64,000 bases of DNA from Octopus vulgaris (lineage: Eukaryota), in NCBI GenBank assembly GCA_951406725.2, contig OX597827.1, positions 17,918,001-17,982,000 of the forward strand. Reading direction: 5' to 3'. This document shows positions 41,895 to 54,698 of this stretch, one piece after another. The first letter of the stretch is position 1; each line of letters starts with the position of its first letter. The translations under genes and the position numbers were made by a program. The notes below the pieces were generated by a model that saw only the letters and a program-made list of their open reading frames with translations, did no database searches and was not told where the DNA came from.

Positions 41895-42150
41895 CATCAT
41901 TATTATCATCATCATTATCATTATTATTATTATCATTATTATTATCATCATCATTATTATTATCATCGTCATTATTATTATTATCATCATCATCATTACT
42001 ATTATCATCGTCATTATTATTATTTTCCGCCGAGATTGACTTCGTCTTTGATCCTTTCGGGGTCGATAAATTAAGTTGAGTACTAGGATCGATGTAACCG
42101 ACTAGTTCCCTCCACCCAAATTTCAGGTTTTGTGCCTATAGTAGAAAGAA

Positions 42151-42218
<68 letters not shown>

Positions 42219-42221
42219 ATA

Positions 42222-42289
<68 letters not shown>

Positions 42290-42293
<4 letters not shown>

Positions 42294-42499
42294 TAGTTTT
42301 ATTTTTATAGCGTGCTTTCACTTCACTACCGAGCGCAGCTCTGTGTGCCTTGGGTATGTGCTGTGATTTGTTGTGATGCCCTGATGGTTATTGTATGGAA
42401 AGTGTTCTGCGTAGGATGTGTGCAGTGCCTAGTAGTGCAATTTTCTGTATGTTATATGTGTTTGTAAGTCCTGGTGTTTTTGTTATGTATTTGTCTGAA

Positions 42500-42502
<3 letters not shown>
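42290..42502 (-). mobile_element. ~200 bp 3' end of Dong-like LINE inside (TAA)n
   Basis: Reverse complement of 19626-19829 with the same 5' boundary. Confidence 0.85.
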
Positions 42503-42554
<52 letters not shown>

Positions 42555-43200
42555 GCATTTCGACTTTTCTGACGACAGGTAGTTTTTTTTCTTTTAGATT
42601 CATTTAGGCACCGTTTCTGGCAATAAAACCAGGTATAATCATCTCCATTTATCTGTAGTGAGGGATGTATTTCTTTTTTTGTTTACATGCCAGTGAATAC
42701 ATCTAATCAGATATGGAAAAAGAGAAAAAATGTACGTGTATGTGTGAATCTGCGCTTGTGAGTATGCGTCTGTGTGCCTGCGTATGTGTGTGTGTGTGTA
42801 CATGATTGTGCATTAGAGTGTTCCGTGTGTGCCTATGCTTGAGTGCCTCTATGTATGTATATTATATTACATTACCAGTAAATTTGTTATCCACACCGCC
42901 AAAAGTTTGCCTAAAGAAACGCTGTTTATGTATGTATGTACATATGTACATAGGTATGTGTGTGAACATATTAAAATGAATTAATTTAGTACATAAATAA
43001 GTATATACATATACATATATACATATATATACACATATATATATACACGTATATGCATATATACATACATATATAAATATATATATATATACATATATAT
43101 ATACATGCATGCATATATATATACATATATACATATACATACATATATATATATGTATAAATATATACATACATTCATACATATACGTACATAATATACA

Positions 43201-43233
<33 letters not shown>

Positions 43234-43356
43234 TAACTTTTCAAGAAACTGCTTTTTAAAAGTAAAATATTACTTTAAATTAGCTGCTTAATATATGAGT
43301 CTTGATGTCTGCATATGTGTATGTATATATATAATATATATATATATGTGTGTGTG

Positions 43357-43433
<77 letters not shown>

Positions 43434-43678
43434 ATGTATACAGTATATATTGTACATATTATACTCACTACAGACCCTGCTCAAACACTTATACACAAAC
43501 TCACACAGGCATGACATGCAGGGAAAAATAGGTTTGTTTTTGTGGTTGTTTTTGGTTGTTGTCATTGCTTTGTTTTTGGCTTCTTTTTTTTTTTTCAACC
43601 TTTAAACAAAGCAGTAATCAGAAATCCAGAAGCAAGGACTCTTAAGCGACAAAGTATATCTCAAGTAATGCTGTAGTG

Positions 43679-43694
43679 TAGCGCCCTCTGTGGT
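43679..43694 (-). promoter_or_regulatory. CTCF-like motif
   Basis: accacagagggcgcta resembles the consensus CCACCAGRGGGCGC; motif match only. Confidence 0.3.
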
Positions 43695-43799
43695 TGTGGT
43701 GGCGGTAACGGATGGATAGGTGAAATTGTAGAATCTATTTTGAGTGGCTTTAAGTGGTATTGTCAATTTATTTTCTTCATCATACACACTCACATATAC

Positions 43800-43848
<49 letters not shown>

Positions 43849-44537
43849 AATTTATGTTGGTTTCAATCTTTTATTTGTTTCCATTTATTTCTCTTAATTA
43901 TATGCATTTATTTATTCATTTTGTTTTTGGGACAGAAATAAGCTTCCAAATATTGATAGAAAGTAGGAAAGCAAAATACAAAGTGGAAAAGAGAATTAGT
44001 GACATGGAAAAAACATTACGAAAAAGATTTAAGAAAGACTATAACTTGTATTTGGATTATATTTTTCCTGCAGAAATAAAAAAATTTGAAACAAGATTTT
44101 GTAATATATTTAAATTGATAGTATTTGGTGGGAAAAAATATTCAATTACCTTTTTTTAAAAAAAAAAAAGTCATTTCAATATTAAATAAACAATTGATTT
44201 TTATAAGACCCTCCCCGCCGCACTTGATATTTTAATAACTATGTTTATGTAATAACTGACTTTGTATTACATCTGTTTTGTATAACATTTATTTTGCGTG
44301 CATACAGATGTTACGCAATATGTGTAATGTATTATGTAACAAATCACATTTACAAAATTGTCTGTTATGTAATAGAGTAATAGTTACAAACTGCAGCAGG
44401 CTTGATGAATAACTGAGCTGAGAGGATTGAAGAGAGTGGTCCTGTCAGAAGGTTATCGAAATCGCTACAATTTCCAGTTGACAGTTGATGAAGGACATAT
44501 TCTTTTAGTGCATGCTATATGTAAAATACCAAAATAT

Positions 44538-44768
44538 TATTGTTGCATTTAGGAATGGTCATTTTGCCAGTTTAGCCAATAAAAACACACGCACTATATA
44601 TTTGGTGTTACTTTGCTTCAGCGTTATTTATTTTTTACATTAATCTTAATCTTATTTCGGCCAGAGTTCTTTCGTCACACTCCTGTGACCGCATCAGTGC
44701 TCCTTTGCTTTCTTCTTTCTTATTTATTGGCTAAACTGGCAAAATGACCATTCCTAAATACAACAATA
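44538..44768. mobile_element. Element with 45-bp inverted repeats and internal hammerhead-like motif (44659-44702, minus)
   Basis: Arms 44538-44582 / 44723-44768; gca-CUGAUGC-g-gtcac aggagt gtgac-GAAA-gaac-UC-tggc; lone arm copy at ~37406-37451 inside (TA)n. Confidence 0.7.
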
Positions 44769-45988
44769 TCTGTTTCAACACACGATTTCACATCAAAAAT
44801 CTTGCAAAACAAATATATAAACGTAACCAAAATATTCAATGTGTCATATTTGCAAAGCGACAATTTGATTGAGTCGTTAGATAGTCAGACAGAATATTTT
44901 GGTAATATTCGTTCTGGATCTCTGCGCAAAGATTTCAAGTTACACCGAAATCAACTTTGCCTTTCATTCTTTCGAATTAAGTAAATTACTAGGCCAGTAA
45001 TTGAGTCGGTTCTCCTTTTTCGCTCTTGCCTTTTTCATTTCTTTCTAGAAAATCAGTTTTGGTAACACATAGAGAGAGATGGTCTCCGTTGGGTTTAAAT
45101 GCCTAAGATATGCTCTATGTCTCGATGGCATCCCATCGATTTCATCAGAAGTAAAAGACTTAAGGAACAAAGGTTGTACTGCGTTCAAGAAATAAACCAT
45201 AAACACTGGCAGGTGCTCCAGCATGGCTGCAGTCACACAACTAAAACCAATAATGAGATCTTGAAATATATAATAGATAATATATTTGTTGTGAATTATA
45301 TCCATATAGGTTATTTTGATGGTGTTGTGGTTGATAGTTGCATTCCAGCCTGGCTTTTCGTATGTCTATGAAAACATTGTTCAATGTAGACAGCTATTTA
45401 AGGGATTCGTGCTCTGCTGGCTAACTTAATTATCGGCTGTATGCTCTCTATTTCGTTAGTTGGTGTTGTTAATGGTGGAAGATAGATAGCCACAGTAATT
45501 TATCATTTAATCAATCTGTCCCTTTAGTGGCATATAGATCTAATTAAATGTTCGTCATTCTGTTTGTACGCCTGTTTGTCTGTTTGATTGTCTACCTATC
45601 AGTCTATTAATCAAACTCTCTAATAGACTAAATATATAATAGAATTGGAAGAAAATTCCTTTGGGACACATTCTGCATGAACAATTAACAGTAAAGCAGG
45701 GACTAGCATACTTGATACAGTAAACCAAGAAATTTACTTTGTTGAACTCACATCCTTGTACTAAGGATGTGAATAATAATTTCTAAATAATTAATGATGA
45801 TAATAATAATAATTTCTAATTTTGGCACAAGGCCAGAAATCTTTAAGGGAGAGTGAGTTGATTACATTAACCTCAGAGCTTGACTGACACTTTATTTTAT
45901 CTTCACGATAAGATGAATGGCAAAGTCATCTTAGTGGAATTAGATCTCAGACTGTAAAGGGCTGGGAAAATGCAGCTAAGTATGATGT

Positions 45989-46303
45989 TTTTGTTTATTT
46001 GTTTGTTCCTTCTCGAGCTATGCCTGGCTCATAAGGGCCGGTTTCCCGGTTTCCTTGGCGTATAGGTTCCCCACCTGGACGGGACACCGGTCCGTCACAG
46101 GTGAGCTGCAAGATGCAGGAGGAAAGAGTGAGAGAAAGTTGTGGCGAAAGAGTCAGCAGAAGTTTCGCCATTACCTTCTGTCGGAGCCGCGTGGAGCTTA
46201 GGTGTTTCACTCATAAACACACACATCGCCCGGTCTGAGATTCGAACCCGCGATCCCTCGACCGCGAGTCCGCTGCTCTAACCACTAGGCCATGTGCCTC
46301 CAC
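45989..46303 (-). mobile_element. SINE family C, tail type 3, with 11-bp TSD
   Basis: TSD aagtatgatgt at 45978-45988 and 46304-46314; nested in a decayed family A SINE. Confidence 0.9.
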
Positions 46304-46810
46304 AAGTATGATGTGCGTCGCACAAACGATTCTGCCAGTTCACCACCCTAAAATAATGATAAATGTCTAAATTATAATTATCTAAATGACTTTTTCTAAT
46401 CAAACACAGCAAAAGAAGGCAACCTAGGCTCGTATTTGCTTCTATATTTTTATAGTCGTCTGAAGATCTACGGTAATAGTTAAAATATACTTCCTTGGGG
46501 AGGTCTAATAACTCTGAAACACAATAGTATTAACGTTCAGACTCGCTGCTCATCAATTCACCATACATGATTATTTTTAACTAATTCAATATTTTGTGGT
46601 TGTCTCCATGTCTCGTATAATTTGTTCAGAGTTAAAAATTTATAAAAGGATCATTTTTGTCACTAAGAATATAATTTTAATTATCTTAAGAAATTGCTTT
46701 GCAACATTAAATATGTTAATCAGAGATACCGACTAACGCTAGTTAAGACAAGATCTGTCGGTTTTTTGTTCTATCTGTCACAACGAAGGTCTAATTTTCA
46801 GCCAAATTAA

Positions 46811-47559
46811 CCCTTTGACAACGGTTGACGCAAACATGCGATCACACTATTGCTTGCCTACCCGCGGTTAACGTGAATATACGATGTAGAGCTGCCCTAC
46901 ATCTATCACGGACTTTATAGCGGCTAACGTACGTTTAGGTTCGCTATCGTGTACTTTATCTCTTGAGGTGCGCGCACTCGCCGTCCCGTGCATTATCTTA
47001 GCTATTTTGAACTGGCAGAAACGTTAGCACACCGGGCGAAATGCTTTGCGGTATTTCGTCACCGTTGCGTTCTGAGTTCAAATTCCGCCGAGGTCGACTT
47101 TGCCTTTCATCCTTTCGGGGTCGATAAATTAAGTACCAGTTACGCACTGGGGTCGATGTTATCGACTTAATCCGTTTGTCTGTCCTTGTTTGTCCCCTCT
47201 GTGTTTATCCCCTTGTGGATAGTAAAGAAATAGGTTACGTTCAAGTCATGAGATTAGCAGTAGACCAATGACATGCGAATACTTTACATGCATAATACCG
47301 TGTTTGGAGTTGTACCACACGCAAGCTAATTTTTTAACTTGAGTAGAATAACTCGTGCATATCATATTATGATAAACAGCTTCACATGGTTCGTTTTCAT
47401 AAACCGGTAGACGTAAATGTACGACGCTATGTTATTGTAACAGTGAACGTAAATAGACACAATCTCATTGGCACTTGTGTGTTTGCGTGGCCTCATTAGA
47501 TAAAAAAAAAAAAACGGAGCAGTGTCTCACGTGCTTCGAGTAATACTGGTGTCAAGGGG
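46811..47559. mobile_element. piggyBac-like MITE containing a family A SINE (47008-47234)
   Basis: TTAA|ccctttgaca ... tgtcaagggg|TTAA. Confidence 0.7.
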
Positions 47560-47587
47560 TTAAGTCGGTGATTAACATACTTAATGA

Positions 47588-47821
47588 AGGCAGCGAGCTG
47601 GCAGAAGCGTTAGCACGCCGGGCGAAATGCGTAGCCGTATTTTGTCTGCCGTCACCTTCTGCGTTCAAATTCCGCCGAGGTCGACTTTGCCTTTCATCTT
47701 TTCGGGGTCGATTAAATAAGTACCAGCTACGCACTGGGGCCGATATAATCGACTTAATCCGTTTGCCTGTCCTTGTTTGTCCTCTCTGCGTTTAGCCCCT
47801 TGTGGGTAGTAAAGAAATAGG
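47588..47821 (+). mobile_element. SINE family A
   Basis: Match to 1004-1237. Confidence 0.9.
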
Positions 47822-48449
47822 TGAGCCAGGAGAATCGTGAGCACGCTGGATAAAAGCTCTTAGCAGCATCGCTTTCGGCTTTACGTTCTGAGTTCAAATT
47901 TCTCTGAAGTCCAATTTGCCTCACATCCTTTCGGGGTCAATGTAATTAACTCGCCCCCTCCTCAAAAGTTTCAGGCCTTGTAACTATAGTAGAAAGGATT
48001 ATCTGTCAAATTGTCAATTACTCTCTATCTAACATTTTTAAACACCACTCTCTTCATTTGCTACGTTGATGTCCGTAAATATGTGACATGTTTCAACTTG
48101 GCGCAATCCATCAACCTTCAAGCAAGAGAACTACAGCTACAAATGATGATGGTGGGAAGGACGATAATAATGAGCATAACTGATTGTAACACAGGCCCCG
48201 GTATACCATTAATTACAGCATCTTGCGGTAAACTTTTCTCGAGCCGGTATTTTTACTACCATCAGCATGATCAAGAGGCAGGCTAGAGAAGGCTTTACTG
48301 ATGAGGTGAACACTGTACCCACTCTTATAACAGACGAAAATCTGTATGATAGTGCCATACAACTGCTGGCGGTTCAATGCAAACCTCTAGCGATATTACA
48401 ACATTATATTCAATGTTTCATGCAAACTTCACGCGGTAATCTCGAAAAT

Positions 48450-48567
48450 GGACGTCAATCTGTGTGACTTCATGATTTGTGACGTCATGATGTGTGACGT
48501 CATGATGTGTGACGTCATGGTGTGTGACGTCATGATGTGTGACGTTAATCTGTGTGACGTCATGATT
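48450..48567 (+). repeat. 15-bp tandem repeat (tgtgtgacgtcatga) containing five perfect TGACGTCA
   Basis: Perfect octamers at 48480, 48495, 48510, 48525, 48555. Confidence 0.95.
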
Positions 48568-48872
48568 TTATAGAGGAATTCAGTCGTTGAATGTCTCTAA
48601 ACTTCTGTCAATCGATAACTTCTGTTCTATTACCTTCACTGTGGCCCTCCATTATTTCCCCTTTCAATTGCACTCCTTCCTTCACTCTCTCTCCTTCCCT
48701 CTCTCTTTCTCTGTCTTTCTTTCTCACTCGCTCTTTTCTTGCTCAATTTTCTCTCTCTCTCTTTCTATCTCCCACTCTCCCTCTCTCTCTCTCTCTCTCT
48801 TTCTCTTCCTCGCTCTTTTCTTGCTAACTCTCCCTCTCTTTTCTTGCTCAATTTTCTCTCTCTCTCTCTTAC

Positions 48873-48958
48873 CCGGTCTCCTGGCATTCTTTTTGCTACA
48901 ATTACTGAAGACACTTATGGTTGAGCACTCTCTTCTTGCTTCTGGCAGGGCTTTCGTT
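48873..48958 (-). CDS. BTBD16: Probable coding exon of BTBD16-like gene, just upstream of the BTB domain (TKALPEARRECSTISVFSNCSKKNARRP)
   Basis: Minus strand acceptor gatttactcttcag| and donor ccgg|gtaaga; 86 nt, open frame, ends phase 1 (g), which joins the 'at' of the next exon to give ...RRP-D-ITLHCLG. Confidence 0.55.
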
Positions 48959-49119
48959 CTGAAGAGTAAATCAACACCAGGAGAAATAACAGTTAGACAT
49001 GACTACTAAGGAAGACTGTTTACTTATATAAGATTGTATACATACAAACTCTCATACAAGCAACATGGACCCAAAAACCCCTTAAGAAAATGCAAATTGC
49101 AATATTTTCACCAATTCCA

Positions 49120-49156
49120 ATGTCATGATTAGCGAAACGCGAAACCGGTGGACTAT
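49120..49156 (+). ncRNA. Minimal hammerhead variant with A3-U8 pair
   Basis: atgtc-AUGAUUA-gcg aaa cgc-GAAAC-cg-GUG-gactat; G at position 17 breaks the NUH rule, so probably inactive. Confidence 0.55.
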
Positions 49157-49285
49157 CACAATATTCTATGCTTTAAAATAAATTAAAAATAAATAAATTT
49201 TGTGCAATTTCCTTCTTTTATTATATATGTTTTCACTACCACTCACCACGCGGGAGGAAAACTACTCAACGAAATACTTTCTTAC

Positions 49286-49358
<73 letters not shown>

Positions 49359-49570
49359 TGAGAGAGGGAGAGAGAGAAAGAGAGACAGGCAGAAAGACAG
49401 ACATACAAACAGAGACTGAGAGAGAGATAAAACTTACCTTGGAAGAGGATGCGTGGTGTTCAATCATATAATAACATAAATAATAATATATATATATTAT
49501 TTATATTACATATACGTATATATACATATATTGTATACATATTACATATACGTATGCATATATGCATATA

Positions 49571-49630
<60 letters not shown>

Positions 49631-49914
49631 TATGTGGGCACAGGACGTCATGAAATGTGTACAACAAAAAATACGCAGCACGAGTACATGGAACGCTAAC
49701 TATTCTTTCGAACAACGAAAGACACAAATGGAAAACAAAACAAACAGCACAAGGAACGACCCTTCATCAGTTGTTGACTGTTTTTCTAGTCTCGTATTTC
49801 GAGCATTTAACAATATACGCTTTTGATGAAACAGTTGCTCCCTGCAAGGCTAATTAAATAAAATTTGGGATTTTGCGGAGGGTGAAAATAGGTAACACAA
49901 ACCTCAAGCGTGAA

Positions 49915-50370
49915 CGATAAAATAGCATAGCAGTTCGCCAAAGGATATCGATAAAAGCACTTAGTGTTTCGCCATCGTGATCGATAAAATAACTTAGCGG
50001 TTCGCCAAAGGATATCGACAAAATAACCTAGCGGTTTGCCACACGATATCGATAAAATAACTTAGCGGATCGCCAAAGGAGATCGATAAAATAACTTAGC
50101 GGTTCGCCAATGGTGATCGATAAAATAAACTAGCGGTTCGCCATACGGGATCGATAAAATAACTTAGCTTTTAGGCAAAGAAGATCGATATAATAACCCA
50201 GCAGTTCGCCATACGTGATCGATAAAATAAGTTAGCGGTTCGCCAACGAGATCGATAAAATGACAGCGTTTCGGCAAAGGATATCGATAAAATAACTTAG
50301 CGGTTTACCAATCGAGATCGATAAAATAACTTAGCGGATCGCCAATGGAGACCGATAAGATAACTTATAA
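49915..50370 (+). repeat. ~34-bp minisatellite (x~13) derived from SINE family B
   Basis: Unit atcgataaaataacttagcggttcgccaaagga matches the B segment taacttagcggttcggcaaaagagaccgatagaataa. Confidence 0.9.
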
Positions 50371-50432
50371 GATCGTTAATTTAAATGGCCAGCATGGGAA
50401 TAAAAACCTTCAAAGATAATAATTATTATTAA

Positions 50433-50671
50433 AATTATAATTTAGGGTGTCTAAGAGATACCACCACGCTGGAAATAGCAGCCAAGACTTGACTTTAAAA
50501 CAACATTAAATGTTCATACAGCACGAGGAGAGAAGACAAAAGGACAAAATAAACTAGCAAGAAATTGTCTTCTCTCCTGGTGCTGTATGAACATTTAATG
50601 TTGTTTTATAGTCAAGTTTTGGCTGCTATTTCCAGCGTGTTGCTATATCTTAGATTCCCTAAATTATAATT
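50433..50671. repeat. Hairpin, ~107 bp arms (50433-50539 / 50565-50671), next to (TA)n
   Basis: Reverse-complementary arms with several mismatches. Confidence 0.9.
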
Positions 50672-51127
50672 ATATATATATATATATATATATATAACGT
50701 TTTATATTTTGTAATGTCATGTATTTACTGTCATTAAAATGGCAATATTTTGCTAATGTACACGAAGCGAAATACATTAAATAACGAAGAGAGAACAGAG
50801 AAAAGAAAGTCACTTCCAAATTAAGATATAATGCAAAATTTAATAGATTTCATGTGTTTTATACAATTTTTCATCGTTTTGTGTTTTGCCTATTTTAAAT
50901 TTGTTTAAAATCTATAAATATAATGGAACTGTAACAATGAAGGGTTTTTTTTTAAAAAAAGGTTTTTAACGTGAGGCAATTTTGCTATCCAGACAATTTC
51001 GTAAATGCTCAACCAGCAGAAAACAGCAGCCATAGTTATCATGAATAACACCCTTTCACAATCATTATAGGGAACAATGAAGATCGATACACATGTCCAT
51101 TTATACAGACTAGATTTTGTATATAAA

Positions 51128-51593
51128 CTAACAGCTAAGCCCGGTTTCACCCGGTCGGTTTGGATGATGTAGCTGTAAAACCTGCTCTGTGTAAGCATTC
51201 GAATTGTTCGGGCATGCTTACGTTAAAAAGTAATTTTAGAATGACATTTTTCCGTCAAAACGCTAAAAATAACTGACCAGTAAAACAAAAGCAACAAAGA
51301 TTCAACCAAATCAGAAAGTAAACCTAAATACTAAGCGAACAAAGATGAACCACCCCACTTCCATTGCGTGCGCACGCGCACGCACACACACACACACACA
51401 CACATACATTCACATACCCTCTTTTACATATACACACATATATTCACACAGAGTTGAAACGCTGTTTGATTTATTTTTTCAGTTTACAATTTTAATCATC
51501 CCACCACCAAGTATGACATCACCCCTTCCTTCCTTATTCATCTATCACTCCTTTCTTTCTCATTCGTAAACACAAGAGTATTATTATAGTAGA
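51128..51593 (-). mobile_element. Non-autonomous Helitron
   Basis: Minus: a|TCtactataataat ... hairpin ccgggtgaaaccggg ... TTAG|t. Confidence 0.65.
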
Positions 51594-52533
51594 TTATCTC
51601 GGTAACCATGGGAAAATGAAAGAATACAAAGCCCAGCTTCACAGCATCACCACCGGATCATTCTACACATCTGTGTAATTTTTCGCGCATTTCCACCCAG
51701 CCGTTTGACCGTGGATCCCAAGACAAGACAGAATCACCCATGTCAAATTTATATGTATAGATTATGTGTGGATGTGTGGGGTAATTATATATATATACGT
51801 GTGTATATATATATATATATATGTATACATATGAAATTACACACACCCACACACATAATTTTCTGGGCAGGAAGCAATCAGCCAACAATGCCGAAATAAT
51901 CGACAACATGCTTAGAGTACTCCTAGAAGATGGAAGTAAATATGATCTTAAAGACTCCTTGGTAAATAGTCACCTTCATAAATTCCCTGAAAACCTTGTT
52001 GACACAAGTCACAAGCAAGGACGGGGTTTCCGTCAGGACATAAAAATCTATAAAACAAAGTATCACGACAAATGGGACTTGCATATGATGGCAAACTATT
52101 GATGGAACTTGGGTCGAGATTTTCCTGAGATCCAGCCCTTCAAATACAAGTTCTTAGGAAATTAGGCATAAAAAATGATGTAATTTGTCAGAAATTTTAA
52201 GATTCTACTGGATTTCAGTAGAAGTTTAAGAAAGCACTCTGGTTTTGAAGGAAAAGCAACATTTTCTATGTATGTTCGTATAGTATGGCCTGGTTCCTAA
52301 TACGCTGTTTTATTGAAAAATAAACAAAATTGAATTCTATGGATCCAGTATCTTAAAATCTTAATGCTATGGTAATAAATGGATGTCATTTTCGGATTCT
52401 GAACAACTAGTTCAGGTCCAAATTTTTTAACAGAGAAAAAACTTTTAGGAGTACTCTAAGCATCTCGTCGATTATTTCGGCAATGTTGGCTGATGGCTTT
52501 TTGCCCAGAAAATTATGTTTGTGGGTGTGTGTA

Positions 52534-52581
<48 letters not shown>

Positions 52582-53053
52582 AGATGTACGTTACGCCGCA
52601 ATAATATATGTATAAAAAATATATATAAAAATACAAAATGGGACAAGAACGCAAAACACTCAAATACGCCAGCTAAGCTAAGTTGAACTGTCTAAAGTCG
52701 TACATATATATTTATATATATATATATAATAACCCCCACATCCACACATTATCTATACCTATAAATTTGACATGGGTGATTCTTTCTTGTCTTGGAATCT
52801 GGGTGGAAATGCGCGAAAAATTACACAGATGTGTAGAATGATCCGGTGGTGATGCTGGGATTTGTATTCTTTCATTTTCCCATGGTTACCGAGATAATCT
52901 ACTATAATAATACTCTTGTGTTTACGAATGAGAAAGGAAGAAGTGATAGATGAATAAGGAAGGAAGGGGTGATGTCATACTTGGTAGTGGGACGATGAAA
53001 ATTGTACGCTGAAAAAATAAATCAAACAGCGTTTCAACTCTGTGCGAATATGT
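51440..53053. repeat. Inverted duplication (arms 51440-51929 / 52442-53053) around a ~510 bp spacer
   Basis: Arms align with small indels; each contains the Helitron 5' end, unique DNA, (TA)n and part of the transposase remnant. Confidence 0.9.
51855..52420 (+). pseudogene. DNA transposon transposase C-terminal remnant (probably Chapaev3-like)
   Basis: NFLGRKQSANNAEIIDNML...SHLHKFPENLVDTSHKQGRGFRQDIK...KWDLHMMANY matches recalled SHLD.FPENLG..S.EQGERFHQD...W...MMADYCW. Confidence 0.6.
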
Positions 53054-53537
53054 TACTGGAGGGACGTTTTATTATTGAATATTTAATTAAACATGAGACA
53101 TTAAACATGAGACTTACTTATTATAGCTTAGTGAATACAATGAAGCAGTAGTCGGTCTATCCTGAATTTGTCGGAACTTGTAGGGTTGATTGAGGTCAAG
53201 ATTTACCGCGATCTGGGGACTTTCAGCTGGAAATGTGAACAAATGCCATGATTAAACTTAAAAGGAAATATTTAAGGGCTTTTTTTTATTCGGTACAAAA
53301 TCTAAGGTGGTGAATGAGAGAGCGATTAAAGAATTCTTTCGAAATACCTTACAATGCTTAAACTATGTTCCTTTACATTCTGAGTTCAGATCCCGATGTG
53401 ACTGACTTTCTTTTTTATCCACTAGTGTTCGATAAAATAACCAGCGCTCATATATTGATAATCACATCAAATGTCTGGAAAACACTTTTAGGATGCTTTG
53501 CGCTATTAAATTATTACTATTATTATTATTATTATTC

Positions 53538-54557
53538 TATATTTGACTTTTGCTTTATGTCTGTACAAGTTGGCTCCAAGTCTCACCCAGAGACCTCAAG
53601 AGACAACAGGTTGAAAGTTCACGTTGTTGTTATGCCTAGTGTGCCATATATTTGGGGGTTTTTTTGGTGTTGTACTAGTGAATGTCTAATACATAGTTAA
53701 AAAAAAAGTTTGTTTTAAACCTTGGGATTACATAGAGAGTATTTTGCGTAGGATATGAGCAGTTCCCAAGAGCACTATCTTTTGAATTTCTGCCATTTTG
53801 GGGTTTCCTGGTATCTGAGTTAGGTAGCAATCAGCCCCTTTCGCTATCATTGCCAGGGCACCTATGACAACAAGTATTGTTTTAGTCTTCAGCTTCCACA
53901 TTTTGCTGATTTCTATTTCAAGATCTTTATATTTGCTCAGTTTTTGGTAGGTCTTGACAGATACGTTTATATCGATTGGGACAGTCATATCAATGAGGAG
54001 GCATGTTCTTTGTCTGAAGTCTTTCAATATGATGTCTGGCCTATTTGCATCTATCTTTCTGTCAGTTTGAATGGTGAAGTTCCAGAGGAGTGAGATGTGG
54101 TCATTTTCAAGCACTGGAGGTGGATTGTGTTCCCACCAGTTTTTTTCATGGGGCAAATCCAGGTTTTTGCAAATTACCCAGTGAATATATTGTGCAGCTC
54201 TATCATGCCTGTTGAGGTACTCTGTAGGCGCTAGAAGACTGCATTTGGAAACAACATGATCAATGGTTTCATTTTGTTGTCGGCATACACGACATGTTGG
54301 GCTACTGCCGTTCTTTAATATGTTGGCCTGGTAGTTTCTTGTTGGTAGGCATTGATCTTGAGCTGCTATGATAAACCCTTCTGTTTCAGATTTTAAGCCA
54401 GAGGCCATTAGCCATTGATGGGTCAGGGCTTTGTCAATATCTGCATTATTCGTTCTCTTTGGGTATTTGACATAGAGAGGTATTTCTTGCCATTTATTAT
54501 TCAGAATATCTAAGGCCGCAGTTTTGGCACGGGTTTTATGCGTTTAGCTTTTTCTGT
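53538..54557 (-). mobile_element. 5'-truncated R4/Dong-like LINE; open C-terminal ORF 53728-54408 (CCHC finger plus RLE endonuclease)
   Basis: CRVC...ETIDHVVSKC...RHD; NRPDIILKD...LLIDMTVP...KLSKYKDL; flanked by (TAT)n and (GAT)n. Confidence 0.92.
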
Positions 54558-54646
54558 GGTGGTGGTGATGATGATGATGATGATGGTGATGGTGGTGATG
54601 ATGATGGTGATGATGATGATGAAGATGGTGGTGGTGATGATGATAG

Positions 54647-54698
<52 letters not shown>

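Noticed and set aside
42876-42910. 35-nt minus-strand micro-exon (QTFGGVDNKFT), phase-compatible with the BTB exon
   Set aside because: No homology support; the 48873 exon has stronger splice sites and better resemblance. Could still be an alternative exon
49439-49467. MIEHHASSSK|gtaagt as first coding exon
   Set aside because: Phase 0 donor does not match the phase 2 start of the 48958 exon's open frame
49915-50370. CRISPR-like periodic array
   Set aside because: Units are contiguous with no unique spacers, derive from a SINE, and there are no cas genes in this eukaryotic context
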